Below, one piece after another: positions 35,001 through 49,800 of a DNA stretch of 64,000 bases. The position numbers and the translations under genes were made by a program. A model generated the notes under the pieces. That model did no database searches and was not told the DNA's origin. It was given only the letters and a program-made list of their open reading frames with translations. This stretch comes from Thalia democratica (lineage: Eukaryota), in assembly GCA_965202585.1 (NCBI GenBank), contig OZ241827.1, positions 36,518,001-36,582,000 of the forward strand. The letters are read 5' to 3'. The number at the start of each line of letters is the position of its first letter. The first letter of the stretch is position 1.

Positions 35001-38000
35001 ATAGTTTTAAATTAACTTCAATTTGAAATTTTGTAGTTAATTTCCATATAGTAAAATCATTTTTATTTTCTTAAATTGTTGACAACACTTTTTAAAATGA
35101 GTATATAACAACATGTCTTTGGCTTTTAACATTTATTGATACAAACAAACTACAAGTATGAAAAAAATAATAAGTAAATTGATCAAATTTTAAGTAACTA
35201 GTTTAGTATAATTTAAATTAAAAACTTTTACATATAAAATAAACATTACAATTTTAATTATTTAATTCTATAGAACGAAATTTAACATCGGAAATATAGA
35301 AAAAAATTAAAACTGGTTATTTCTAAAAAATTAAGAGAAGTTCGTTCTTCTATAGAAATTATGTTATAGTATATACTTTAAGCTTTTAAACAACTAGTAA
35401 TAGGTTAGAGGCTGTCAATTTTTAAGAATTGTTGCGATTGGTCCAAAATGTGGTTCTTAAAAACTAGTTAATTTAGCAGTTGTTATACTCCCTGCAGACT
35501 TTCCTGTAGGGATAGTCGGAAAGGTATGTAAAAATGCTTGCTTTACAGTAGACTACCGCTTAACTACGCAAATTGGACTCAACCAAAAAGTGCGTACTTA
35601 GCACGGGTAGTGCGTACTTTTTGTGGACATAGTATAATATGAAATTTAGTTGTTTGTTTTCTTTCTTACAACTAGCCACCAAATAATTAAGCCAAATAAA
35701 CAAGTCATTTATTTTAAATAACATTTAATAAATAATTCTAATCTGCAAAATTAATAACGTGACAGCAAAAGCGATCCAAAATTGCTTTCGGAAAGCTGGT
35801 CTAAAAATTCAATTTGTTGATCAAGAAGATGACTCAAGTCCTGCAAAGGAGGTAGATGTTGAAGACCTTGTACACCTGTTCTACGAAATGAAAGTTGAAA
35901 TCAATCATCAACTAATTGAGCAGTTCGTGCAAATTGACGACGAAAACAGTCCAGAGTATGCTGAAGTAATTACGATTGAAAATCAACAGGCAGTTGATGA
36001 ACTAGAAAGAGGTACTACTCACTTTCATGATGAAGAAAATGATGAGATGGCTGCAGGATCTAGTAAATGTCAGTTTCGTGGGTACACCAAGCTATACACT
36101 GAAGCTGTTGAAACAGAGTGTTAGCTCTCTAGTGAAGCATCACTTGGTATAGCTCCTGAGCTCTATCACACGCTAAAAAGCACCCATGAAAAATATCAAC
36201 GTTTGCTTAACAAAGCAGCCTTAATTGAACAGGGCTCGCAGAGAAAGAAAACCAAGCAGCTCACACTTTTTTTTAACTTAAGTTTTTTGTTGTTGTTGTT
36301 TCTTTTTATATGCTTATTTTGACTTTATAAAATTTGTAACTAGTTTTTGTGGCTAACTAGTGTTATATTATGTCACATTAAAATTAGCCTTTCTTTTGCA
36401 GATATTTTGAAAGTTTTTGAATAAAAAAAGATTTAGAAATTTTAGAAAAATTTAGAGAAGTTTAGAAAAATGGGTGGAAAGCGTCAGAAAATGACTCTAT
36501 GGAATAAGTCAAAGGATAAAGGTAAAGTTGCACCACCAAAGCCAACATATGTCTCCCGTGATAATATGAGGGAACTTCTTACGATTTAAAATGCTGAAAT
36601 GATGATAGATTCTCGGTTTTGCCTTTCTTGATAAGTGCGTACTTAAGGCGGGGTGCGTACCAAAAAAAAGTGCGTACTTAAGCGGTAGTCTACTGTATTT
36701 ATTTTTAAGTTTATGTGTTTTGATAAAAAAATGGCGTACGCTGATTCATTACATATATTTTTTACTTTTTTTTTTTTTTGATTATATTCAATTTCTAATT
36801 TTTATTCTGAATGAATGATTTAAAATACTATTATCGGTGAAAAATATTTTGGCTATATTTATTATAAAATCTCTAACTTCATTGCGTGTGTCTAAAGTGG
36901 ACGAAGGGACACTTTTTCACGAAGGTTCAAATATGCACGAAGACACTTTTGCACGGCGTCAACTTTGCACAAAGTGTCCATTGGTGTAAAAATGTAATCG
37001 TGCATATTTAACCCGTTCCCTCATTACGTACAAATGTAATATATGTTACAATATTGTTTAGGTTTAATGCGTCAACATTTAATTTTAACTTGTAAAAGGG
37101 TATAACTTAGTTTATCTCTTTGTACCATCTAATAATTTATTTTACTTTTCGATTTTAGTTGCATAGTTTCTAGTTTTTATTTGTGTTTGTTCTAGTTTTA
37201 TTAAACGTTTATTTTTCGTTAAAATAAAAGTTAGTCTTGGTCTATTTCTATTTAAAAGTTGATTAAATTATTACATTTGTTTATAAAAACCATACAGACA
37301 TAGACTATATATTTTTAATTATAAAGCAAATAATTTTACTTTTCAACTACAGAAAAACTGTTATCTTATACTAATTTGTTTCTAATTTTTTACAAAGTAA
37401 TTTCGAATTTCAAATACCAAAGTAAAAATTGCATCTTTATAACAAAGTTTTTGGCTTAAAAACTGGAAGAATACTGTCTTTATTTACAAAAAATATTTTT
37501 TATTCTCAAAACATCTAAAAAGTTTTAAACTTTTTTGGTGAAAACTTGGTCAAAAAAATAGCTGTAAATAAAAATTTCATCAGTAAAAATGTCTAGAAAT
37601 ATATTATAGTAAAGACTATAATATTTTGCATTAACAGATGTTTGAACTATCTTTTGATTTAAAACAATTTTGTCTTAAGGTCATTTTTATTAATATGAGA
37701 AATATGATTTAGTTTAATAAGCTACCAAAGAAAGAAATATTGTAGTATTAAACTTTTGAATTTACATTAGATAAATATTATGAATTCGTGATTAGATGTG
37801 TATACTACCAGTTGTAAAGAGAAACAAACATCCAGAAAAAATTTAGCAAACTAAATTTGAACGAAGGCTTTGACAGCGTTGTAATATTTTAAACTTCTTA
37901 ATTTTATTAATATATACAGCGAAATTGAGTTTTTCAAAATTTAATTAAAATAATATTCTAACTTTGAAATAGTTACAAAACTAGATGTTTAAGATATTAA

Positions 38001-40841
38001 AAATCTTTTTTGATACAAAACAGAACTAGACAGAGTTATCAATCCTTGGTGGGAGATATGAATTATATAGGGTTCCGCGACGCCTCTCAGGGGTTCCGCG
38101 AAGCCTTTCGAAGTTTAAAAATTTATGTAAAAATTTTAGATTTTATGTAAAATTAAAGTTAGGGGTTCCGCGGAAAAGTTGAACTTTGGAAAAGGGTTCC
38201 GCCACTAGAATAAGGTTCAGAAGCACTGTTTAGACCTTTCCAAATTAACATTTTCAGCATAACTCTGATTATTCACTAAATGTTCAAAAATAGACGATCT
38301 TTTTAACGCTTTCAAAATTTTCACATATTTCTTTTCTTCTCAGATGACCTCAAAAACTTATAAGCCCAAGTAGGTATATTTTTCTCAGCTCTTTTCTTAA
38401 GCTGTCTTGTTGTTAGACTGATATAACTGTTGTCACAAAAGAAATTAATTTGTATATAACCCATGCTAGGTAGGGGTCAAAAAGGACCATGGAAACTTTA
38501 GCACGAAGACTGGTTGAAACTTTTTTTAATTAATTTCCCTCTTTTTTTTTCTTACTATCACTCTTACCCCTAACCCTTTTACCTTTGGTCAGTAACTTTT
38601 TTCTTCTTCGTGTTATTACTTTTCTTTTTCTTTACTATTACTGTTCCCCCTTACCCTTGGTCAGTTTTCTATTTTTCTTATTAACTTTTTTTCTATTGCT
38701 GTCACCTCTAATCTTTACCCTTGTCCGGTTAGTTTTTTTTCTCTTATGCAAAAATTTCACTCGTGCGAAAGTGACCCGTCCCCAACCATGCTTTGACTTT
38801 AAAAAACTAGGGAATTCCAGAAAACTTACAAAAAGTGATAAGAATTACATAAAATCAAGAAACAAGGGCTACATGTAAAAAAAACTTCCAGCTAAAAATT
38901 CTAATTCGAATTTTTTGGGTCCCATACAGTACACATTGGGATGGTTTTCAGAAAATCGAATTCCGCCGAGGTGAGAGTTTATTTAAATTATCATTATTAA
39001 TTTAAACTTTACACTTTGTGTTTTTGTGGTATTACCAAGTGTAAAAAAAATTTAGCTGAAAACTCAAACGTCGCCGTATTTATAAAAACCTTATTGAACA
39101 GGTAATTAGTAAACAGAAAGAGAAATTCACAAAGAAAAATAAAATGCATTACCAGATTAGTTTCATTAAAATTTGGTACTTTGTCCGAATGTAGTACAAA
39201 CATTACACAATAGTTCGTCTAAACAGCTTTCTGGACAAGAAAATTTTGCTTTAAGGTTTAAATTTATCCTTTCCTTGTTTCAGGAATTACAAAGATTTAC
39301 TTTTTTAAACACAATGTAATAAACTTAAACCTAGATACATTTCTGAGAAAACAGTATTAGAGCTAATTAAGTCAATATACGAATAAAATAACTCAATAAT
39401 ATGTACTATTCAAAAAGACATAACAATGAGTTATCCTATCTGGATGTACTAGTGAAAAGACGTAATACTGAATTTGTTCCTACAGCTTTTAGAAAAGATA
39501 CTTTTACTAAACATTATCTTAATTTCATTCGCATTGTTGGTTAAAACGCAAAAACAACCTAATGAAGACTCTGTGTCATCGTGCACATTTAATATGTTTG
39601 CCTAAATTCTTTAAAGAAGAAATTGATTACATTGAAATATTGTAATGTAAAAATGGTTATCCTCCAGAGCTAGTAAGTAGAACCATTAAATTTCACTTAA
39701 TTGGTTTATAAAGATACAAGGAAATTGGATCCAAAAAATGTGTATTTAAAAAATTTTATAAAAAAACAATTAGAAAATTGGGATGCATAATCTAGTGCGT
39801 TAATTAAGTGCGCTTTTGTAATAGACGGATAATAAGTTTTATTAGCTTTGATATCGTCGAATTTTATCCGTCTATTACAAAAGCGCACTTAATTAACGCA
39901 CTAGATTGTGCATCCCAATTTTCTAATTTTAATAAATCAGATATAGACATTATATTCCATTCGTGTGACTCTTTACTTTTTTCGAGTGATGATGTATGGA
40001 AGAAAAATGATACCGATAGTTTTTTTGATATACCAATGGGTAGTTTTTATGGAGCGGAGGTATGCGATCTTGTAGGGTTATACATTCTAGATAAACTCAA
40101 AAGTATTTTTGATAATTGTGGATTGTATAGAGATGATGGACTTGGTGTCATTGATCTTTCAAAACCTCTTGTTTACGAAAAGATTAAAAAGTCAACGTTT
40201 AGATTGATGTCTGATATCGGTTTTATAATTACTTTAGAAATAGGAGCGCAAATAACGAATTTTTTAGATGTTACTTTAAATTTATCTAATAATACTTAAC
40301 GTTCGTACCGTAAACCGAATTCTTTATTAAACTTTATTAATATTAATTTTTACCACCCTTGTCATGTAAAAAAATGCCTCCCAGTAATAACACAAAAACG
40401 TTTAAGTACCCTTTTTTCAAATGAAAGGATATTTAAAGAAATAAAAGCACCGTACGAAACTGAATTTAAAAATAGAGGTTTTAAATGTAAATTAAAATAT
40501 GAAAAATTAGATGTAGATAAAAAACGCAAAAAACCGCGTAACCGACATATAATGTGGTATAATCCTCCATATTTCTCTTCAGTTAATATAAACTTAGGTA
40601 AAGAATTTTTAAAGCTAGTCGATAAACACTTCCCCGATAGCCACTTTAATAATAGAATTTTTAATAAAAAGACATTTAAAATTTCTTATAGTTGCATGAG
40701 TAATGTTAAAACTTTAATACAATCGCTCAATAAAACAGTAACTTCAAAATTTAAAAATAGAAATATCATAGCTAATACAAAAAATAATTCTAGTAATAAA
40801 GTTAGTAATAACGCAGATAAATATAATATTTCTAATTATAC

Positions 40842-40890
<49 letters not shown>

Positions 40891-43800
40891 TTTAATAGTA
40901 GTGATAATAACAGTAGTAATTATGATAATCCTAATAGTGGTAATTTTAATTATGGTAACAATAATGTAAAACATATTAAAACTTTAAACATAAAATATAT
41001 AAGCTGTAATGATAATTTTAATATTAATGATAACGAAAATATTCATATCAATAGTGCTAATAATAGTGTAGATTATAATAATCAACGTATAACTATAAGT
41101 ATTGCTAAAATGATAAAAGAAAACTTAGAACAAGTAAGTGATAATAGCGCTAAAAGTGTAAGTAAAATGAATAACAATAAAACTATAAATAAATATTCAA
41201 AACCAACTAAGCCTAATAGTGATAAGTTAAGTAATATGCCTAAAACGTGTAATTGCCGTAAAATAAATAAAGATAACTGCCCATTTAATAGTAATTGTTT
41301 AATTAAAAATGTAATTTATAAAGTTAAAGTTGAAAGTAAGGGCCCTGATAAAATTTATATCGGAAGTACAGCAGGTAGTTTCAAGGATTAATATGCTAAC
41401 CATAAACATTCTTTTAAAATTATAAATAAAAAACAAAGCACGCGTATATCGGATTATGACTGGAGCTTTTTTCACAGGTACGGTAAAAGGCCAAACATGG
41501 AGTGGAGTATTGTTTCAAAGATCAAACATGCATCCAACGGAGTAAGTAGAATTTGCCCAACTTGCAATACACGAAGAGCAGCAGAAGATAAAGACCTACT
41601 TCTGAACAAGCGGCAAGATTTATCGAATATTTGTCCCCACAACCGACGATTCTACTTTAAATAACTCTGTCTACTTATGCACTTATTTATTTCACAACAT
41701 TCACATTTACAATCACAACAACTTACAAATTTAATACTTCATATTTTGAAGCTGCATAAATTATTAATTAATTTGTAAAATTTATTATGACGTAACATTT
41801 CTGCAAAACTTAATATAATTTTCATTTTTTAAAACTTGCCTATTCTTAGAGCTTTTTTGAGGTTAGTATGTGAATTTATTAAAGTTGTAATTTTTGTAGA
41901 CAATTTTATACTTTTATAATTTTATTCCAAACTTTGTTTTTAAACCATAAAGTTCGTTTATAGTTACTACTCACATAAACACTATGCACAATTATACATG
42001 CTTTTTTTCTAATGTGTGTTAATATTTTATAGACTCCGTAGATCTGTTCTTAAATTTATTTGAGAGCAGTGAAACGCCGTTAGTCGGTATAAAGTTTTGA
42101 CACAAAAACATCTGTGGTATATATTCCGATAAGCTTAGCTTATCAGGATCTCTAGGATTTAACGCCTTTTAACGTTACATCTTATGATATATTTATTAAT
42201 TTATATAATAAAAATATAAAATATATAATTTGCATAAATCTATTTAAATAAGCTCTTTACATCCCAGTAAATTGAGCATTCTTTTTTAGTTAAGACAAAT
42301 AACTATATAGCGAAATTATCAAAAAAACAATGAATTTTAAACGTATACAAACATAAGATACAATGGTTCTAAGATAAATAAAGTAAAATATGTTATTAAC
42401 CGTTTAAAAGCACAGTCTTAAAAAGAAAGTTCGAGGATTTTTGTGCTCTAATCTCAATTAAATATGCAAATATTAGATAAATTGTATTTGGTATTTAAAA
42501 TGAAAAATTTTATCCGCTAGGTAGTGTAATAGATTCTGTTTAATACTAAAATTACAAAGATTTTGATTTAAAAATAATAACTAAATTTTTTATGAGTTTT
42601 TTTCACCACGCGGTGTTGCTGTTTTTGCTTTCAAATTTCAATCACCAATGAAAAAAAAAGAATTTCTAGGGATTTTCACATATTTTTCAATTTTTCGAGG
42701 GATTTAGGAGGATTTTTCAGAATATTGCAAATTTATAGGGAAGTGGGAACCCTGCATGTACCCTAAACATATACCTACTTGTGTTGATAAGCTTTTGAGA
42801 TCATCTGAATAAAAAATATGTAATAATGCAGTAAGAAATCTGAATGCAGTAAGAAAATCGTCCATTGCAGAACATTTAGTGATAATCAAAGTAATGCTTA
42901 AAATGTTAATTTGGACAGATTTAAAATAACTAAAAGTTATTGTAGCATTTTTGACTTAATTAAAATGGAGGCTGTTTGAATACTAAATAGAAATCTTACT
43001 CTTTGTAGACAAAATAAATTTTATTACAGTGTTGCTTTAACAAGTAAAAATGATAACTTGTTTGTGTATTTCACAAAACTATTTTAAATAGTATGTTTAA
43101 TCTAAAATTAATGTTAAAAAAAGTGTTTTAATATATTAGTATAGGTATTTTCACTCTTGGATCACAAAGCAAATACTAGTTATTTCAATTTTTTCGATAT
43201 CGTTTAAAAAGTTGACTTACCTAAGTGTACATCAGAATAACCTTGGATTGATGTATATAAAGAAATTGTAGATGTTTGAATATTATTACCAGGATCTCTC
43301 TGAGGCAACTTATTTCCTTTAAATGTAATCTACAAAAATAAGTTTTTTAAAAATAAACTTGAGCATTTTGAAACATAAAACTTACATAATAATTTAAACC
43401 AAATCTTTGGGTGCTAACACTTATAAGATCAGGTTTTGTGTTAACAGCTTTAACAGAAATATCTTCGTTTCTTATAAACCTATTTCGTCCAAGGTACTTT
43501 AATTCGACAGTTAATCTAGATTTTTATAACAAGTATCAACTAATAGATTTTGATAGACTATTGTGATATATATATAAATAATACATATTGTTTTTGTGTA
43601 AGGAAATATCGTTATGTGAAAGTTTCTTGCTTACACTATGCTTGTGTTTGCTTTTTATTATAAGGATTAATAAATGATATTTTTCAAAATATAGCAATAA
43701 AAAAGACAGCAATAGAAAAAAGATATTTTTTTGAAATAATTAAAGAGTAAAAACTATATTTTTAGGGTAGGAATTTTAAATGCACGAAGGGTCAAATATG

Positions 43801-46800
43801 CACGAAGACGCTTTTGCACTAAGAAATTTTGCACGGCGTCAATTATGCACGAGGGGTCTCATTTGCACGGGTTGAAATTTTTTATTAAGTTTAATTAGTT
43901 ACATTTTTTTTTACTATCACTATTACCCCTAATCATTACCCTCGGTAGTTTTTTTTTCTTCATTTTGTTGTTTTTTAATTTGTTTTTTTTAATGTTATTT
44001 TCTTTTTTATTAATAACTTTAATAAGGATTTTTTCTATCACTGTTACCCCTGGCCCTTACCCTCAGTCAGTAACTTTTTTTTTTAGTTTATTTATTTTAA
44101 AGCATTTTTTTTTTAATTTTTACTATCACTCTTGCCCCTAACCCTTACCCTCGGTCGGTAGTTTTTTTTTTTACTTAATTTATTTTCTTTACTCTCGTGC
44201 AACAATGATCTCTCGTGCAAAAAAGTCTTGTTGCAAAAAAGTCTTTATGCAAAAGTGTCCCTTCGTGCATATTTGACCTGTTCCCATATTTTTAATATAA
44301 CTTACACAAAAGTATCGAATCGGTCAAGAATAAATGTTCTTTTCATGGAGCAAACATCATAGTGTGGTGAGTAATATGCTACATCAGAAGAAAAACTTTT
44401 AAATGAAGTTAAGTATAACAAATCAGTAATACCAACATCTGCATCAAAATTCATATAACGATTACCCAAAGGTATTTTTAACCAATCATTGTTAGAGTAC
44501 GACGTTGAGTTGAATAACTATAAGCATTAAAAACACAGTTAAAAATGAAAAAACTAATTTAGTACATCCTGGCCAATACGGTCAGTTTACGACGAGAAGA
44601 AGATTTAATTAAAATATCTAAATTCTAAATTACATTTTAAAAGTTGCTTATGATATGACTTGTTTTCGTTAAACTGATTTTAAACTTTATCAAAGTCTTG
44701 TTTCGTTTACTTTTCCTGTTTCAATTGTTTGGTTCGTTAAAAAAAAAAACATTAAATAACATAAAACTCAGTGTGTATTTTATTATATACATATTGTAAT
44801 ATAAAAGAGGTAGATTATTTAAAGAAAAACAATGATTTGTTCTTATCCCAGCCATAGGCTAATCTGGTCATAATTACAAAAAAGCTTATTTAACATAACC
44901 GGATTAGCGAGGATGCACTGTACAAAAATTAAAAGAAAATTTGGTGTGTGTTTCAATAAATACATTGCATAATACAAAAGAAGTAGGTTATAAAAAAAAA
45001 ACGATGTTTTGTTTCTGTCCGGCCAAAGACTTATCTGACCATAATTATAAAAAAGCTTGCCCAACATGGCCGGATCAGCGAGAATGTACTAGCTAACTAA
45101 TAAAATTATACAAATTTATATGAAAGATCGTATACAAACAAAAATAAAAGTACAATTAACTTACATAACTTAGAACTTTTTGCGACTTTAAGCTGTACAA
45201 ACGAATTATATTTATGAAAGATGCATCAAGTTTATATACTGTATTTTTATTATCTAATAATTTAGGCGGATTTAATGTAAATTTTCCGGTAAAGAGTAGC
45301 TGCCATATATTTTCAGAACACTCTATATTCATAAGTAAAGTTCCTATAAAAAGCATAAGTTTTTACAAGTATTTAATTAAATATTATCGATCTATAAATG
45401 TACATAATAAAAATAACTGTGTATTTTTTAAATGTAAAGAGTTCAAAATATTTATAAATAAAATTTGTATCTAAACATAAAATAAACTAACTATCAGATC
45501 CATAAGAATTTCTTTTTAGTTCAACCTTTCTCAGCCTACCATTTTCACGAACAAACAAAGCAAAAAATACACCAGTTCTGTCATGTGATACAGAAAGTAA
45601 TTTTTCAGTATAAGCATTTGCTAATCCTGCTACATTATGCTGTAAAACTTTAATTTTTATATCTATAACACCGTTAAAAGCACCCTCTAAAAGAGTTCCA
45701 TTCTTCATCAATGCAACAAATAAATTGTACTTGTTTGTTGAAACAAAATGAATTATTTCACTTTCAAAGTGTAAAACTATACCATGTTTACAAGCAATAC
45801 CAATCACTTTAGATCTAAGATCTAAAACCAAAACATTGTAGCCAACCAGGTATATAAATGGTTCAGCGCGGTCCATTTCAACTATAATTCCAACATCAAT
45901 TTCAGTTTCTATAAAAATTAAAAACAAATTTATTTAATATAAAAAGTCGTAATTTTCAAGCAACTTAACTTATAAGTTATGTATGGTGTAATGTAAGTGT
46001 TAAAGGCATGTGGGAGTAAAAACATTTTTTACTAAAATTAAAAGTTGTCAACAGTATAAGAATATTTTTATCGATAAGAAAATTTTTAGTAATTTTTGAG
46101 ATATAGTAAATTTAAAATAAAGTTTTCAATACAAATGTAATCATAACTTTTTCATTGAAGTTTTTTTTTCGAAAAATTAAAAATTATTTAAATATCTATC
46201 TTCTTCTCTTACAGCTTTTGAACAGTCGTTCTCAAACTTTTGTCAGTCTAATCTTAACTTAATTATAAAAATCTGGTGTATGAATTTTAAAACTTTGAGT
46301 AAACTTTAGCAAGGTGGTCAAATGTTTTTGAGAAATTTCTTCCAGGTTTTTGAAAGTTTTTTGTGTATTTTTAGTTTAAAATTAAATTAAAGGTAAAAAA
46401 CTGTGTTAGATAGTATAACAACATTGAAAAGAAACTGTAAAGCTATTTTAAATGAGTTTTTTATTAAAAAAATTGATGATGACATAAAACTTTTATTCAT
46501 ATTATAGATTTTCGTGTCAAATCGAAACTTTACTACTTAACATGTATAAATTGTTTAAAATGTTAAGTTTTTCAAGTTTTTTTTTTTCAAAAATTCTAGG
46601 TTTTTCCAGGATTCCAAGTTTTTTGGCCACCTTGTTTTAGGAAAAAATCTCCGTTTTCTGAATTTTTTCCAGACCATTTAAAATACAAGCTTTTTGGTTA
46701 ATTTCGTTATTAAATTAAATTTAAGGTTATAAAAGTTTTAGAAAGTATAAAAATATTTAAAATATACTCTAATGCTACTTTAAATGTGTTTTATATTAAA

Positions 46801-49800
46801 TAAATATCTGATTAAAGCCAAAATAAAATTTATATGGCATATAGTTTTATTTCTTATCTAAATTTTATTATTCTACACGTAAAACTTGTTTAAAATTCCC
46901 TGTTTTTTAATGATTTTGTACAATTTTAGTTTTTTAGTTAATTTGTTCCAACTCTTTCAAAGAATTCACAAATTCTTCAAATTTCCGGTTTATCAATGTT
47001 TTTTTTTTTGCCTAAATTGTAAATTTCTGGTTACTCAAGATTTCTAATGGTTATGACAGCCAATTTTATTAGCTATAAATATAAATAATTGTTCTTGGAG
47101 CTGTTAAATAGTCTAGCGATATAAATAACTTATACGGTACTATAAAATTTTGCATCCACCATTAAGGCCATAGGGTGAGGTGAGATAGGCACATATTTTT
47201 ACATGTTGATCATTATTTTTAGATCAGTAACTTAGCAAGAAGTTGATTTTTACCGTTTTATAAAATTAAAATTAGTCTTTGAGGAATAATGGTAAAAAGT
47301 CGGAGTGCTCAATAGGTTCCTTATGGAAGAACCAAAGTAAAAAGACAAAAACAAGATTATTTCATTTGAATTTTTTATTTTACAGTTTTCAAGGAATCGT
47401 TCTGAACTTTTTTTCAGATTTATTTTAACTACATAATAAACATATCTAACTTATGTATATTTTCTTTTTTGAGTATTGATTAAGAAATATGTTTTTTTAG
47501 TCATAAAATTCTTAAATTTTTATCCTTTTTAAATGTCATAATAAGATTTTTTCTACTAATGCAACAAACAATTCCTGATAATTTGAAATTAATTGATCGA
47601 AAAATAAAAGAGAAAATATATTTTGAGAACATTTTTCAAATGTCAAGAAAATCAGCAATAATAAATGTTTCCTCCATACGTTTGAAATAAAAACGTTTTA
47701 CACAACTGACAATATCTTAGAAAGAAATTGATATTTTTTGTTCTGATGTTATACACAGGGTTACCAAATGTTTTTGGAAAATTTTCTTCAGGTTTTTCAA
47801 ATTTCCTCCAGGTTTTTAAAAGTACAAACTTTTAGGTCTATTTTTAGTTTAAATTTATATTAAGGTAAGAAACTGTCTTAAATAGCATAAAAACATTGAA
47901 AAAATACTGTAAAGCTACTTTAAATGCGTTTTTTAAACAAAAAATTTAAAAACTTTTTGATGATGACAAAAAAAGATATCTATATGATAGATTTTTTGTG
48001 TCAAATCTAAATTTTACTACTGAACATGTTAAGTTTCTCAAATTCCAGGTTTTTTAGCCTAAATCGTCAGACTCCAGGTTTTTTCAGGCTATTTCAGGTG
48101 TTTTGGCAAACCTGTAATATATATATATATATCTTTTAAAAAAGATCTGATGTCAATTTCTGTAAAAAAAGATAGTTGGACTCCCCCCTCCTATGGCCTT
48201 AATTTCAAACAAGATTTATTAACATTTCAATGTAGCTTCAAATCTTACAAAAGTTTAATTGCATATAAAACCAAAAAATAATTATCTACTCCAAAAAAAC
48301 TATACACTTATAATATCTTTATCGCAATAATGGTCTACTAACTCCTACTACTATAAAACTGTTCATATCAAAACAGTAGACTTTAAGTTATAAATAAAGT
48401 ATTATAAAAATGTATTGTATATTTCTTCTGTATGCTCAGTAAATTTAAAAAAAGAACGACTCTCTACAAGGTGCGGAAAAATGCAAATTAGTCGGGTTGC
48501 TCATTCAGTATTAAATAGAGAAGGAAAATATCATTGAGCACCAAAAATTTTGACTTAACGGAGACGACGGTTTAGCGATCGTAGAAAATAAGTATGGTTC
48601 AATTATAGAGCGGCTTTCAAAAAGACTTAGAAAAGTGTTCAAGAGGTTTAATTTTCAAATGACTATATAGTCCAATCTTGTAAAATTAGCACTAGACCTG
48701 TGCAAGGACTCTTACTCACCATTCAGAAAGCCAAATTTTCAAAGCCACATATCTCATGTTCAATCAAACCACCCACGATATGTTGTGAATCAAGTTCAAA
48801 AATCCATCCAAAAAAAATTTAAAAATATATCTAAGGAACAAAACTCATTTTACAGGGGGGAAAAACACTACCATAATGCGTTAAATACAAAAGGTCACAC
48901 GCACGAGTTGAAGTATAAGGTTGGTAAAAAAGCACCAAAAAGAAAATAAAACCATCGTATACTTCACGCCACAATTTTGTTTGTTAGTCAAGAGATAAAT
49001 TGACAGACGTTTCCTAGAAATTGATAACAAAATTATTGCGAATCTGTACCACAAAACTTTCAACATAAAGCTGTTGAAAACTTTTTACTCGTACATGCCA
49101 GACGTTAAGGGCCAAATAACTCCCTACAACCGGAATCAAATACTTCGCAAACTGGTTTTATATTCCAACGAACTATTTTTGTTCGTACCTTTGTCAAACA
49201 TTATTAATAAATAATAATTTTCAGACATTATCTTTTATATAAATGTGGCTGAATTTATAAGCAATCAAAATTTATAACAATTAGTTTTCTATAACATTTA
49301 ACAAAGAATTAAATATTTAAACATTGATATAACTACACTAAAAACATTGATAAAAACTTATTAATTATTTACAACTGATTTTAAGTTGTGTAAAAAATAA
49401 GAAAGAAGTTTGTAGATAATAATAAAAAACAAGTTTTACCGATTTGAGACCAACTTGAGCTAAAAAATAGAAAACTATCTTCCATCTTACATTCTGATTG
49501 AGGTATTTTTATCGGAAATTCTATAAATAATTCCCAAACTATTTCAGTATCTAAAAGTTACTGCATATAATATGAAATTTAATTAAAGAAACTATGTCTC
49601 ACAAAACTAACTTTTTATTTCGATTAGTCTATAAACTGTTTTGCATTTTATTAAAACAAATAGACTGAAGTGTTTATTGTTCATCAACATTTTTAAATCT
49701 TGAATTTTACAAGTTCTGTCAATAAAAAAGTCTGATATTTTCATTTCTTTTTTATCAACTAGTTCACTAAACTTTAGCTGAGAAACTTCTTGATTTTCTA

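Larger units (their letters stand above)
39768..42090 (+). mobile_element. 5'-truncated lineage-A Penelope-like element (RT, Asn-rich linker, GIY-YIG, pLTR)
   Basis: ORFs 39808-40299 (FDIVEFYPSI, PMGSFYGAEVCDLVG, YRDDG) and 40552-41391 (WYNPPY, CNCR..CP..CL, YIGST); EN continues past an in-frame stop to about 41664; hammerhead relic at 42032. Confidence 0.9.

Noticed and set aside
40744-40974. Minus-strand poly-Ile ORF
   Set aside because: Antisense reading of the (AAT)n-rich linker
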